Assembly: GCA_938083225.1 (NCBI GenBank)
Contig: CALKCH010000016.1
Span: 1-55,351 of the forward strand
Source: Candidatus Bipolaricaulota bacterium
Lineage (GTDB): Bacteria > Bipolaricaulota > Bipolaricaulia > Bipolaricaulales > Bipolaricaulaceae
DNA length: 55,351 nucleotides
Reading direction: 5' to 3'
Shown: one piece after another, positions 8,994 through 17,102 of the stretch
Position numbering within the stretch: position 1 is the stretch's first letter
Layout of the letters: each line of letters begins with the position of its first letter
Made by a program: the position numbers and the translations under genes
The notes under the pieces: model-generated
Seen by the model: only the letters and a program-made list of their open reading frames with translations
Told to the model about the DNA's origin: nothing
The model's database searches: none

Positions 8994-9350
8994 GTAGATC
9001 ACCCTCCTTTGCGACCAGGGCCGACGTGTGCCGCAATGTGATCAACGAGAGCGCTGACAATACTGCAAGAGCCTAGCACCAACTTGGAACCCGAAGATTT
9101 CTATCCTAGATACGTCAACCGTCTCTTCGGACTCCAGAGGCTCGAACGGAGATATGCCAAGCACCAGCCCGCTCCTTCTTTTGACCTTATACAATATATC
9201 TTTTACTCCTTGCTGTCAAGTTTTGTATGGCATGCCTACCAGAACACAAGGGCCTTTGTCTCACTTATGACAGAGCCAAAAGCTCTTTTCGGCCGAGTTA
9301 AATAACCAACTCAAAAAACACTTATGGCAAAGAAAACCTGGCCAAGGATA

Positions 9351-9378
9351 TGTACAAGCGCCATGAGCCTGGTATAAT
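9351..9378 (+). promoter_or_regulatory. sigma-70-type promoter with extended -10 for the riboswitch-thiamine operon
   Basis: TGTACA (9351-9356), a 16-nt spacer, then TGgTATAAT (-10 hexamer at 9373-9378), located about 10 nt upstream of the riboswitch P1 stem. Confidence 0.5.
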
Positions 9379-9384
9379 GGGTGT

Positions 9385-9550
9385 TGAGGTAACCGGGGGA
9401 GCTCCGAGAGGGGCTGAGAGGAGGTAAAAAGCCTCGACCCCTTGAACCTGATCCGGGTAATGCCGGCGGAGGGAAGGTTACCGCGCTGGCCCCGCTCAGG
9501 TAGGGGCAAACGCTAAGCCCCCTCCCTTGGTTGCCGCCAAGGAGGGGTTT
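9385..9550 (+). promoter_or_regulatory. TPP (THI-box) riboswitch with SD-sequestering expression platform
   Basis: P1 pairs GGTAACC (9388-9394) with GGTTACC (9476-9482). The core is GGGGCTGAGAGG...CCCTTGAACCTGATCCGGGTAATGCCGGCGGAGGGAAG, which matches the THI-element consensus (CUGAGA ... ACCUGAUCCGGGUAAUGCCGGCG.AGGGA). Downstream, CCCCTCCCTTGG (about 9519-9530) can pair with CCAAGGAGGGG (9537-9547), the SD of the first gene. Confidence 0.9.
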
Positions 9551-9554
9551 TCTC

Positions 9555-10184
9555 GTGCCGCGCACGGTGTTGATCCTGGCAGGCGGCGTGGCCTCCCCTG
9601 AGGAGGCTCGCGAGGCTGCTTGTGCCGCGGATTTCGTTCTCGCCGTTGATGGCGGATTCGACCTGGCCCAGAAGGCTGGGTTGACCGTGGACCTCCTCTT
9701 GGGCGACCTGGATTCCCTTTCTTCCCCTCTTCCTCCCACCCTTTCTGTGCGGCGGGTGCCCAGGGAAAAAGACGCCACCGACCTCGAGCTCGCGTTGGAT
9801 CACGCGGTCTCTTTGGGTCCGGAAAAGATCTTGGTCGTGGGAGCTTTTGGTGCCCGCCTCGATCACACCCTGGCCAACGCCAACCTCCTGGAGAAGTATG
9901 ACCTCCCGGTCGTGCTCTTCCACGACCGGGCCCGCGTGTACCTCGTGGTGGACCAGGTGGAGCTCGCAGGTGAACCTGGAGATCTCGTGTCTCTCCTCCC
10001 CCTGACCGCGGAGGTGCGGGGCGTCACCACCTGGGGCCTGCGCTATGCCCTCACCGACGGCGTCCTCCTGCGGGCCTCTACCCGGGGCGTGTCCAACGAA
10101 GTGGTGGCCACGCCGTTCGGCGTCAGCCTGCGCGAGGGAAAGCTCCTCCTCATCCATATGCCCAAAGGAGGTGGGCCATCATGA
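9555..10184 (+). CDS. thiN: thiamine pyrophosphokinase (thiamine diphosphokinase)
   Basis: GTG 9555 lies 7 nt after AAGGAGGGG, and the track start at 9531 would lie in the riboswitch platform. Motifs: ILAGG, AVDGG, GDLDS, KDATD, GAFGARLDH, GLRYAL. Confidence 0.85.
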   Translation: MPRTVLILAGGVASPEEAREAACAADFVLAVDGGFDLAQKAGLTVDLLLGDLDSLSSPLPPTLSVRRVPREKDATDLELALDHAVSLGPEKILVVGAFGARLDHTLANANLLEKYDLPVVLFHDRARVYLVVDQVELAGEPGDLVSLLPLTAEVRGVTTWGLRYALTDGVLLRASTRGVSNEVVATPFGVSLREGKLLLIHMPKGGGPS

Positions 10185-11194
10185 GGAAGTTTTTGGCGGT
10201 GTTGTGGGCAGTCTTTGCTCTGTGGGGAGCGGCTGAGGAACTGGTGGTCTACACCTATGATTCCTTTGTGTCCTGGGGGCCGGCCTTGGCCATCCAGGAG
10301 AAGTTCGAGGCCCTGTTCCCTGGGGTGACCCTTCGCTGGGTGGCGGTGGGCGACTCCTCGGAGATGCTCTCCCGCCTCATCGCCGAGCTCCAGTTGGGCC
10401 TGCCCACTGCTGATGTGTTCCTGGGCCTGGCGGACGTGGAACTCCCTCGCGCTTTAGCCCACAACGTCTTCCAGCCCTACGATCCCCAGCGGATCCCCAA
10501 CCTTGCGGATGTGCCGGCCGAGCTCATCTTCGACCCCACCGGGCACGTCCTCCCCTACGACCACGGCTACGTGACCTTCGTGTACGACTCCGAGCTTTTG
10601 CCCGAGGAGCTCGTGCCCCAAGGCCTGGAGGACCTCTTGCGGCCGGAGCTGCGCGGCAAGATCATCGTCACTGACCCGCGCACCTCTTCTCCAGGCCTTT
10701 CCTTCCTGCTTTGGACGATCGCCCACTTCGGGGAAGGGTGGCCCGATTACTGGCGGAAACTCTTGCCCAACCTGCTGGCCATCACCAAGGGTTGGTCTGA
10801 GGCTTACGACATGTTCCTGGCGGGGGAGGCCCCCATCGTCCTCTCCTACTCCACAGACACAGCTTACTCCTACATCGAATACGGTTCCCTGCGGTATCGG
10901 GCCATCACGCTCGGGGGCGAGGCCTTCCGCCAGGTGGAGGGGATGGGCATCGTGAGGAACACGAAGGAGCTCGAGCTGGCCCACGCCTTCTTGAACCTCG
11001 TCCTTTCCGTAGAGATCCAGGAGCTCATGCCCACCACACAGTGGATGTTCCCGGTGAACGCGCAAGCCAAGCTCCCTCCGGGCTACGAGTACGCGGTGAT
11101 CCCGGAAAAGCCAGTCTTCTTGGAACCGGAGTTGGTGGGCGAAAAGCTCGAGGAGTGGCTGAACCAGTGGCAAAAGCTGTTGATCGGCGGCTGA
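10181..11194 (+). CDS. thiB: thiamine ABC transporter substrate-binding protein
   Basis: ATGA overlap with thiN. Signal peptide MRKFLAVLWAVFALWGA. Type-II periplasmic binding protein of ThiB/TbpA size (337 aa). It lies inside a TPP-riboswitch-controlled operon. Confidence 0.8.
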   Translation: MRKFLAVLWAVFALWGAAEELVVYTYDSFVSWGPALAIQEKFEALFPGVTLRWVAVGDSSEMLSRLIAELQLGLPTADVFLGLADVELPRALAHNVFQPYDPQRIPNLADVPAELIFDPTGHVLPYDHGYVTFVYDSELLPEELVPQGLEDLLRPELRGKIIVTDPRTSSPGLSFLLWTIAHFGEGWPDYWRKLLPNLLAITKGWSEAYDMFLAGEAPIVLSYSTDTAYSYIEYGSLRYRAITLGGEAFRQVEGMGIVRNTKELELAHAFLNLVLSVEIQELMPTTQWMFPVNAQAKLPPGYEYAVIPEKPVFLEPELVGEKLEEWLNQWQKLLIGG

Positions 11195-12855
11195 TCCGGA
11201 GAAGGGGGGCAAGCCTGCTTTGGGCCGGCTTGCCCCTTTTCGTTTTGGCCACGGCCTTCTTTCTTCCCTTGGCCAACGTGCTCCTATTGGGCCTGCGGCT
11301 GGAGGACCAGTGGACCCTGGCCCGGGTGCGCGCGGTCCTCGCTGACCCCTATGTGCGCCACCTCTTCTCCTTCACCGCTTGGCAAGCGTTTCTTTCCACT
11401 CTTCTCAGCTTCGTCCTGGGCTTTCCTTTGGGGTGGTTCCTCACGCGGTACCGTTTCCCGGGAAAGAGCCTGGCCCGGGCTTTCACCCTGGCGCCGTTCG
11501 TGCTCCCGCCCATCACCGTGGCCCTCGGCTTTTTCCTGTTCTTCGGCCACACGGGCTACCTCAACCATGCCCTCCAAAAAATTTTGAGACTCCGGGATCC
11601 GCCGTTGAAGCTGCTTTATTCTCTTTGGGCCATCGTGCTTGCCCATGCCTTTTACAATGCACCTGTGTTTGCCCGCTTCGTCCATGCCGCATGGAGCTCG
11701 CTTGACCCCGCGTTGGAAGAGGCTTGCGCCGTTTTGGGGGTCCGGAGGTTCCGGGCCTTTCTCACCGTGACCCTACCGCTCCTGCTGCCCGCGATCTTCT
11801 CCGCCGCGGCCCTGGTCTTTGTCCTGTGCTTTCTCTCTTTCGCCATCCCCCTGTCGCTGGGCGGGGCCCGCTACGCCACAGTGGAGGTGGGGGTTTATTT
11901 GTACGCGCGGGTGTACGTGGACCTGCCGCGGGCCGCGGCCCTGGGCCTGGTCCAGCTCCTGGTGACCCTGGGTTTGGCCTACCTTTACGTGCGGGGCGGC
12001 GGGCGGTGGTCCGCCCCCCAGGAAAGGCTGCGTCCCCTCCCCACCTTGCCTTTCCCCTCCCGTGCGGCCCATGGGCTTTGGCTCCTTTGGCTTTTGGGAA
12101 GCGCTGTCCTCTTTTTCGGCCCCATCGGTTCCGTGGTCGCCGATTCCTTCACCCGACCTTTGGGCGGCCGCCCCGCGGGCTTGGGCTGGTATCGCTTCAT
12201 CTTTTCCCCCGAGCACAACCCGTTCATCGGCACCTCGCCCTTGGGGAGCGTTCGGGTGAGCTTGGAGGTGGCCGGCTTCTCCACCCTGTTGGCGTTGGCC
12301 TTGGGGCTAGGGGTAAGCGGTGCCTTGCGGGTCCTGCGCTCTAGGGCGCTGGAGGCCCTGCTCATGGCGCCCCTGGCCGTGTCCTCCGTGGTCCTGGGGC
12401 TGGCTCTGCTTCTGGCCTTTCACCGTCCGCCTTTTGTTTATCTCTCCGAGAAGCACGCGCTCATTCTCGCTCATGCTCTTTTGTTCTACCCCTTTGTGGT
12501 GCGGATCGTGCGGCCGATCTGGGAGGGGTTGGCGCCGGGTTGGGTGGAGGCCGCCCGGGTGCTGGGAGCAAGCCGCCTGCGTGCCTTCCTCACCGTGGAG
12601 GCGCCGCTTCTGGCCCAGGCCCTGCTTGTGGCCGGGGCCTTCAGCCTCGCCCTCTCCCTGGGCGAGATGACCGCCGCGGCCATGCTCTCCCGGGGAGAGC
12701 TTGTGACCCTGCCCCTGGCCATCTACCGTTTCCTTTCGGCGCGACGGTTCGGTGCCGCCTCCGCCATGGCCTCCCTCCTCATCCTCATCACCGTGGCCGC
12801 GGTGATCGTTTGGGAATGGCTGGGCGAACGGAGCCTGCGCCATGGCCAAGCTTGA
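11167..12855 (+). CDS. thiP: thiamine ABC transporter permease (two fused TMD halves)
   Basis: About 12 predicted TM segments, with two EAA-like loops ([22 protein letters not shown] and [21 protein letters not shown]). The start is uncertain. I chose GTG 11167 because the track start at 11041 would overlap thiB by about 150 nt. Confidence 0.75.
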   Translation: MAKAVDRRLIRRRGASLLWAGLPLFVLATAFFLPLANVLLLGLRLEDQWTLARVRAVLADPYVRHLFSFTAWQAFLSTLLSFVLGFPLGWFLTRYRFPGKSLARAFTLAPFVLPPITVALGFFLFFGHTGYLNHALQKILRLRDPPLKLLYSLWAIVLAHAFYNAPVFARFVHAAWSSLDPALEEACAVLGVRRFRAFLTVTLPLLLPAIFSAAALVFVLCFLSFAIPLSLGGARYATVEVGVYLYARVYVDLPRAAALGLVQLLVTLGLAYLYVRGGGRWSAPQERLRPLPTLPFPSRAAHGLWLLWLLGSAVLFFGPIGSVVADSFTRPLGGRPAGLGWYRFIFSPEHNPFIGTSPLGSVRVSLEVAGFSTLLALALGLGVSGALRVLRSRALEALLMAPLAVSSVVLGLALLLAFHRPPFVYLSEKHALILAHALLFYPFVVRIVRPIWEGLAPGWVEAARVLGASRLRAFLTVEAPLLAQALLVAGAFSLALSLGEMTAAAMLSRGELVTLPLAIYRFLSARRFGAASAMASLLILITVAAVIVWEWLGERSLRHGQA

Positions 12856-13873
12856 GGTGGAAAACCTAACGAAGCGCTTTGGCCCCGTGGTGGCCGTGGC
12901 GGGAGTTTCTTTTTCCGTAGACCCCGGGGAAATTCTTGTGCTCCTGGGTCCCTCAGGGTGCGGGAAGACCACGGTTCTTCGGTGCATTGCGGGTTTGGAG
13001 CACCCCGATGCCGGGGATGTACGGTTGGATGGCCGCTCGCTCCTTGGGCTTCCGCCTGAGCGGCGCGGTGTGGGACTGGTGTTCCAGCATTACGCGCTCT
13101 TTCCCCACCTTTCTGTGGCCGCCAACGTGGCCTATGGGCTTCGCCACGGAAGGCTTCGTCTTTCCCGAACGCTGCGGCAAAAGAGGGTGGCGGAGCTTCT
13201 CGCTCTGGTGGGGCTTTCGGGTTATGAGCGGCGCAAGCCCCACGAGCTCTCGGAGGGGCAGAAGCAGCGTGTGGCTCTGGCCCGGGCCCTGGCGGTGGAG
13301 CCCCAGCTGCTTCTCTTGGACGAGCCCCTGTCTGCGTTGGATGCGGCTTTGAGGATGGAGCTACGTCGGGAGCTCCGGCGCATTCTGAAAGAAAGAAACA
13401 CCACCTCTGTGTACGTCACGCACGACCAGACGGAGGCCCTGGCCTTGGCTGATCGGGTGGGGGTGATGCGTGAAGGCAAGCTGGAGCAGGTGGATCGCCC
13501 TGAGGATCTCTATGAGCGGCCGAAGGCCTCGTTTGTGGCGCAATTTTTGGGCCGGGCCAACCTGTGGCCGGCCCGCGTGGTGCGCCTCGAGCCCCCCCGC
13601 GCCTGGGTGGAGGTGGCCGGCGTGACGGTGGAAGCGGAGGTTCTGGCCCCTCCCCAGGGCGAGGAGGCGCTTCTCTTTTTCCGGCCGGAGTGGGTGGAGC
13701 TTGGTCGCGGCCCATTCCGGGCGGAGCTCAGGGAGGCCGAGTACCTGGGCGACCACTGGGAGGCGCGGGGGAGGGTCCAGGGTCTTCCGCTTGTTTTGCA
13801 TACCCCTACCATTCCCGCAAATCCCCTGAATTTCCAGATCAAGCGAGCGTTCCTGCTTCCCACAGGGCACTAG
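12842..13873 (+). CDS. thiQ: ABC transporter ATP-binding protein with C-terminal TOBE-like extension
   Basis: Walker [11 protein letters not shown]-loop, signature [15 protein letters not shown], Walker [13 protein letters not shown], and H-loop VTHDQ. It overlaps the thiP end by 14 nt. Confidence 0.75.
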   Translation: MAKLEVENLTKRFGPVVAVAGVSFSVDPGEILVLLGPSGCGKTTVLRCIAGLEHPDAGDVRLDGRSLLGLPPERRGVGLVFQHYALFPHLSVAANVAYGLRHGRLRLSRTLRQKRVAELLALVGLSGYERRKPHELSEGQKQRVALARALAVEPQLLLLDEPLSALDAALRMELRRELRRILKERNTTSVYVTHDQTEALALADRVGVMREGKLEQVDRPEDLYERPKASFVAQFLGRANLWPARVVRLEPPRAWVEVAGVTVEAEVLAPPQGEEALLFFRPEWVELGRGPFRAELREAEYLGDHWEARGRVQGLPLVLHTPTIPANPLNFQIKRAFLLPTGH

Positions 13874-14036
13874 GCGCGGTGCGTGGGGCTGGCCTCCCCC
13901 GGCCGCCTCGTCCCCTCGCGGCTCATGGAAAAGGCGTGCGCGGGTTTTGCAAAAAGCTCGGTGTTCCCAATCTTGCGTTCGAGCCTTTCCTTACACTACA
14001 ATGCTAGAGAAGTGTTGAGCCAGCTGGAGGAGGGGC

Positions 14037-14609
14037 ATGATGTCTTCGAGCGCAGTTTGGTGGTTTATGTTGGTGGGAGCGATGCTCCTCGCGGCTGGGC
14101 TTCGGCCTGTGGTCCCTGAGCCAAGGGTCGTCCAACACGTGGATTTAAAGCGGTACATGGGGAAGTGGTACGCTTTGGCCCACATCCCCAGCTGGTTTGA
14201 GCGGGGCTGCCAAGCGGACACGATGGCGACTTATACCCTGCTTCCGGACGGCGCCATCGAGGTTGTGAACGAGTGCTACGATGCTTCCGGGCATAAAAAG
14301 GTGATCCGCGGCCGGGCCTGGATTCCGGATCCTAAGGAACCAGGAAAGCTCAAGGTGAGCTTCTTCCAGCTCTTCGGGCACTGGTTTTTTGCCGGGAATT
14401 ACTGGATCTTGTCTTTGGGGCCGGATTACTCCTATGCCGTGGTGGGTGAACCGCAACGGAAGTACGGCTGGATTCTGAGCCGCACTCCCAGCCTGTCCGA
14501 TTCGGTCTGGGAAGAAATCAAAGCAGTTCTTAGAGAAAACGGTTACGCCTGGGACAAATTCGTGCTCATTGACCAATCCCCAAACTTAGGGACAGCCCAC
14601 CCGCGTTGA
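14037..14609 (+). CDS. blc: bacterial lipocalin (Blc family)
   Basis: VDLKRYMGKWYALAHIP, then a Lipocalin_2-type pattern ...LKVSFF...NYWILSLGPDYSYAVVGEPQRKYGWILSRTPSLS. GGAGGAGGGG precedes the ATG. The N-terminus is a TM/signal segment without a lipobox Cys. Confidence 0.85.
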   Translation: MMSSSAVWWFMLVGAMLLAAGLRPVVPEPRVVQHVDLKRYMGKWYALAHIPSWFERGCQADTMATYTLLPDGAIEVVNECYDASGHKKVIRGRAWIPDPKEPGKLKVSFFQLFGHWFFAGNYWILSLGPDYSYAVVGEPQRKYGWILSRTPSLSDSVWEEIKAVLRENGYAWDKFVLIDQSPNLGTAHPR

Positions 14610-14627
14610 CCGACTTGGTGATACTGG

Positions 14628-14660
14628 GCCACGGCGGCTCCACCCAGGCGCGTGGTTTTT
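14628..14660 (+). terminator. possible intrinsic terminator of blc
   Basis: CCACG...CGTGG stem (about 14629-14655) followed by TTTTT (14656-14660). The stem is short and the loop long, so this is weak. Confidence 0.3.
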
Positions 14661-15414
14661 GGGGTCTTCTTTCGCCAAGGGAGTCCGTGGGGGCACCGGG
14701 ATACAGGTCTTTCCCCTCGCGGTTTTAGGCCCTTCCCCACCTGGTCCTACGGCGTGGCCTCAACATGCGGGGGACCGCCGCGCTGTTTACGGCCATCCTC
14801 TCGGAGAGGCTGCCTGTTCCCAGCGGCTCCAGCTAAGGGAGGCTCTTAACTAACGCTTCCGAATGGCACTTAGCACATCCCCTTGTTACCGTCCGACTTC
14901 GAACCTGTTTAGCACTCCTGTTGTCGGCGGGTAGTGTCTCGGGAAGTGTGTCTGCGGGGCAGCGTGGTAGCCTTCCCAGAAAAACCAAGATAAGAAAGGA
15001 GGGCCCCTAGCGGACAAAACCCGCGAAGAGATCGCAAAAGGTGGAAGAGCGGATCGGTGTTCCGTGGGAAGGAAGCGGTGGAGAAGCCTCTGTACTTGGC
15101 GCTGAGCAACCTAAACGAAAGGCTAGAAGGGCCTCGCCTACTTGGCCTTGCGGAAGTAGGGATGGGAAGCCACCATGTGGCCCAGACACACTAAACGAGG
15201 CACTATGAACGGAGGTGGGCGAGTAAAGAGAGGAAGTGGACAGAGGTCCAGACACAATCGACGCAGCACTGGAGGTGAAGGGCTTGTAAGGCAGCAGCCA
15301 AATGGCGGCGCTTAGCTGTTGGGAACTATCCGAAGACCATTCCTCAGCAAGCTCACCACGGATTTTACGCCAAATGGTATCTGCGCCCTTTCAAAAAGAA
15401 CAGGTCCAGTTCGC
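14661..15414. other. unassigned gene-free interval (candidate structured non-coding RNA or decayed element)
   Basis: No ORF longer than 93 aa, and none is protein-like. The interval lies between the 3' ends of convergent blc and xth. It contains hairpins, e.g. CCTACTT(10 nt)AAGTAGG at 15137-15160 and GGGAAG(25 nt)CTTCCC at 14941-14977, and degenerate repeats (see findings). Strand is unknown. Confidence 0.3.
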
Positions 15415-16200
15415 CTATAGCTCGAATTCGGCCACAAGGAAAGTATGGTCAGAAGGTTTTTCCGCGCGGCGGGCCTCCCGGTCAATCCAGGCCCGCACGC
15501 TTTTCTCCGCTAAAGGCGGCGTGGCCCAAATGTGGTCCACTCGCCAACCCAGGTTTCGCTCCAAAGCCTTGGGCACACGGTAATCCCAGAATGTGTACTG
15601 GCCGGGCTCGTTTGGATGAAACTTGCGGAATACGTCCACAAAACCCCACCTGCGAATGTCCTCCAACGCCGCCCGTACCTGGGGGTGAAAATCCACATGG
15701 TTTCTTAGTTTGTCGGGGCTGTGCACGTCGATCTCCTCAGGGGCCACGTTGAAATCCCCGCACCAAAGCAAGGGATCCTCTGGGGAGAAACGGCGGGCGA
15801 AGAACCGCTTCAGCCGGGCCAGCCACTCCAACTTGTATTGGAACATGGGGTTGTCCACAGACTGTCCCTGAGGCACATAGGTGTTGACGACGGGTACTCC
15901 GCGCACCCAAAGGAGGATAAGGCGATCTTCATCCGCTGGTCCGCCGTCATCGAGGCCAAAGTGCACATCTTGCGGTTCCGCGGGGGTGGCTACCGCCACC
16001 CCCGCTTGACCCTTGAACCCCCGGAAAACCACGCGGTAACCAGCTTCTTGAAAGCCAAGAACGGGGAACTCTGCGTCCGGAGTTTTCGTCTCCTGCAGGC
16101 ACAGCACATCCGGCTTCTCCCGGGAGAGCCAAGAGAGAACCAAAGGAAGCCGGCTGCGGATGGAATTACAATTGTATGTGGCCACTTTGAACAGGGCCAT
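15415..16200 (-). CDS. xth: exodeoxyribonuclease III
   Basis: The N-terminus KVATYNCNSIRSRL...PDVLCLQETK, then GDFN, and C-terminal SDH are typical of the Xth/EEP family. Length is 261 aa. Confidence 0.9.
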   Translation of the reverse strand: MALFKVATYNCNSIRSRLPLVLSWLSREKPDVLCLQETKTPDAEFPVLGFQEAGYRVVFRGFKGQAGVAVATPAEPQDVHFGLDDGGPADEDRLILLWVRGVPVVNTYVPQGQSVDNPMFQYKLEWLARLKRFFARRFSPEDPLLWCGDFNVAPEEIDVHSPDKLRNHVDFHPQVRAALEDIRRWGFVDVFRKFHPNEPGQYTFWDYRVPKALERNLGWRVDHIWATPPLAEKSVRAWIDREARRAEKPSDHTFLVAEFEL

Positions 16201-16213
16201 AACAGCCTCTTTT

Positions 16214-17023
16214 TTATTTTACCCCCTCAACGAGGTCCTGGTAGAACTCCGGGCGTCGATCCTGCACAAGGTCATTGAGGGGCGTGAGCATTTTGTCCTG
16301 AGCTTTGGTGGGCTCGATTTCCGCTACTCTCGCCTCCTCCGCGCTCTCCGGGGAAGAAGCCAGGAGCTCTCCGGTTGGGGAAACAATTTGGGATAGGCCG
16401 GTAAAGGTGAGGGCTGGTTCCTCTCGGGCTTCTCGGCCCACGCGGTTGGCGGTTACGGCAAACACTCGGTTCTCCAGCGCCCGCACGCGCATGGTGAGCT
16501 GTCCCAAACCGGGAATGACGAGGTTCGCAGGGTGGGTCAGAACGAGGGCCCCCTTTAAGGCTAAGATGCGCGCGGCCTCGGGAAACATGTGGTCATAGCA
16601 AATCATGATTCCCACGGGGACCCCGCGCACCTGTCCCACCGGAAACGGCCGATCCCCAGGAGCAAACCACAACTTTTCCCGGAAGAAAAGGTGCACTTTG
16701 CGGTAGTGAGCCACAAGCCCTTCCGGTCCTATGAGGACTGCACTGTTGTAGAAAACGCTGCCCGCTCGTTCCGCCAAACCCAGGACGAAATAGGCGCCGC
16801 TCTCCTGGGCAAGTTTTTGCATTCTCTTCAGGGATTCCCCTTCTGGGACGGGCTCGGCCAATTCCTCAAGCTCCGTTTTGCTGGTGAACTGGTAACCTGT
16901 GGTGCACAGTTCTGGCAAAACCCAAAGGTCGGCCTTCTTTCCAGCCAAAAGCTTCTCAATTTTGGCCAAGTTTTCCGCTTTTTCTCCGAATTCCGGGGCG
17001 AACTGCACATATCCCACGCGCAT
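16214..17023 (-). CDS. carbon-nitrogen hydrolase (nitrilase superfamily) protein
   Basis: MRVGYVQFAPEFG...LWVLPELCTTGY contains the catalytic Glu. It is followed by HYRKVHLF (Lys) and MICYD (Cys), completing the E-K-C triad. An alternative TTG start at 17059 is possible. Confidence 0.8.
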   Translation of the reverse strand: MRVGYVQFAPEFGEKAENLAKIEKLLAGKKADLWVLPELCTTGYQFTSKTELEELAEPVPEGESLKRMQKLAQESGAYFVLGLAERAGSVFYNSAVLIGPEGLVAHYRKVHLFFREKLWFAPGDRPFPVGQVRGVPVGIMICYDHMFPEAARILALKGALVLTHPANLVIPGLGQLTMRVRALENRVFAVTANRVGREAREEPALTFTGLSQIVSPTGELLASSPESAEEARVAEIEPTKAQDKMLTPLNDLVQDRRPEFYQDLVEGVK

Positions 17024-17102
17024 AGGTTTAAACTTTACCCTCCGGTCGCCCCAGGCCAAGGACAGATGAAACTTTCTTTCCCCGGGGCTAGGATTTTCCC
17101 CG

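Noticed and set aside
9002-9002. GTG 9002 as the start of the giant gene (track ORF)
   Set aside because: That GTG lies inside the AAGGAGGG Shine-Dalgarno sequence. ATG 8993, which is 8 nt downstream of the SD, gives a canonical signal peptide.
9084-9305. 73-aa plus-strand ORF in the low-G+C leader upstream of the giant gene
   Set aside because: It has a non-ATG start, no RBS and non-protein-like composition. It lies where the promoter and leader of the minus-strand giant gene are expected.
11041-11166. Track start (11041) for the thiP ORF
   Set aside because: It would overlap thiB by about 150 nt with a Gly/Arg-rich non-membrane N-terminus. GTG 11167 just precedes the first TM segment. The exact start remains uncertain.
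14670-15035. Possible RNase P RNA on the plus strand. AGTCCGTGGG (about 14681) resembles the P4 5' strand, and GGACAAAACCCGCG (about 15011) resembles the P4 3' strand ACAGAACCCGGCUUA, with roughly correct spacing.
   Set aside because: The other universally conserved blocks are absent on either strand. These include GGUAAGGGUGAAA...GGUAAGAGC and ACAGAAA in the specificity domain. The resemblance is probably coincidental and should still be tested with RF00010.
15100-15300. CRISPR array
   Set aside because: The repeats are degenerate (only 8-9-nt identical cores), irregularly spaced at 60-80 nt, and not separated by unique spacers of constant length. No cas genes are in the window.
14610-15414. 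tmRNA, 6S RNA, group II intron domain V, or cobalamin riboswitch in the gene-free interval
   Set aside because: I found no T-arm plus acceptor/CCA end and no alanine-tag-like reading frame ending in a stop. I also found no 34-nt domain V with an AGC triad and no B12 box. The GGTTCGAAG at about 14896-14904 (minus strand) is not flanked by complementary T-stem arms.
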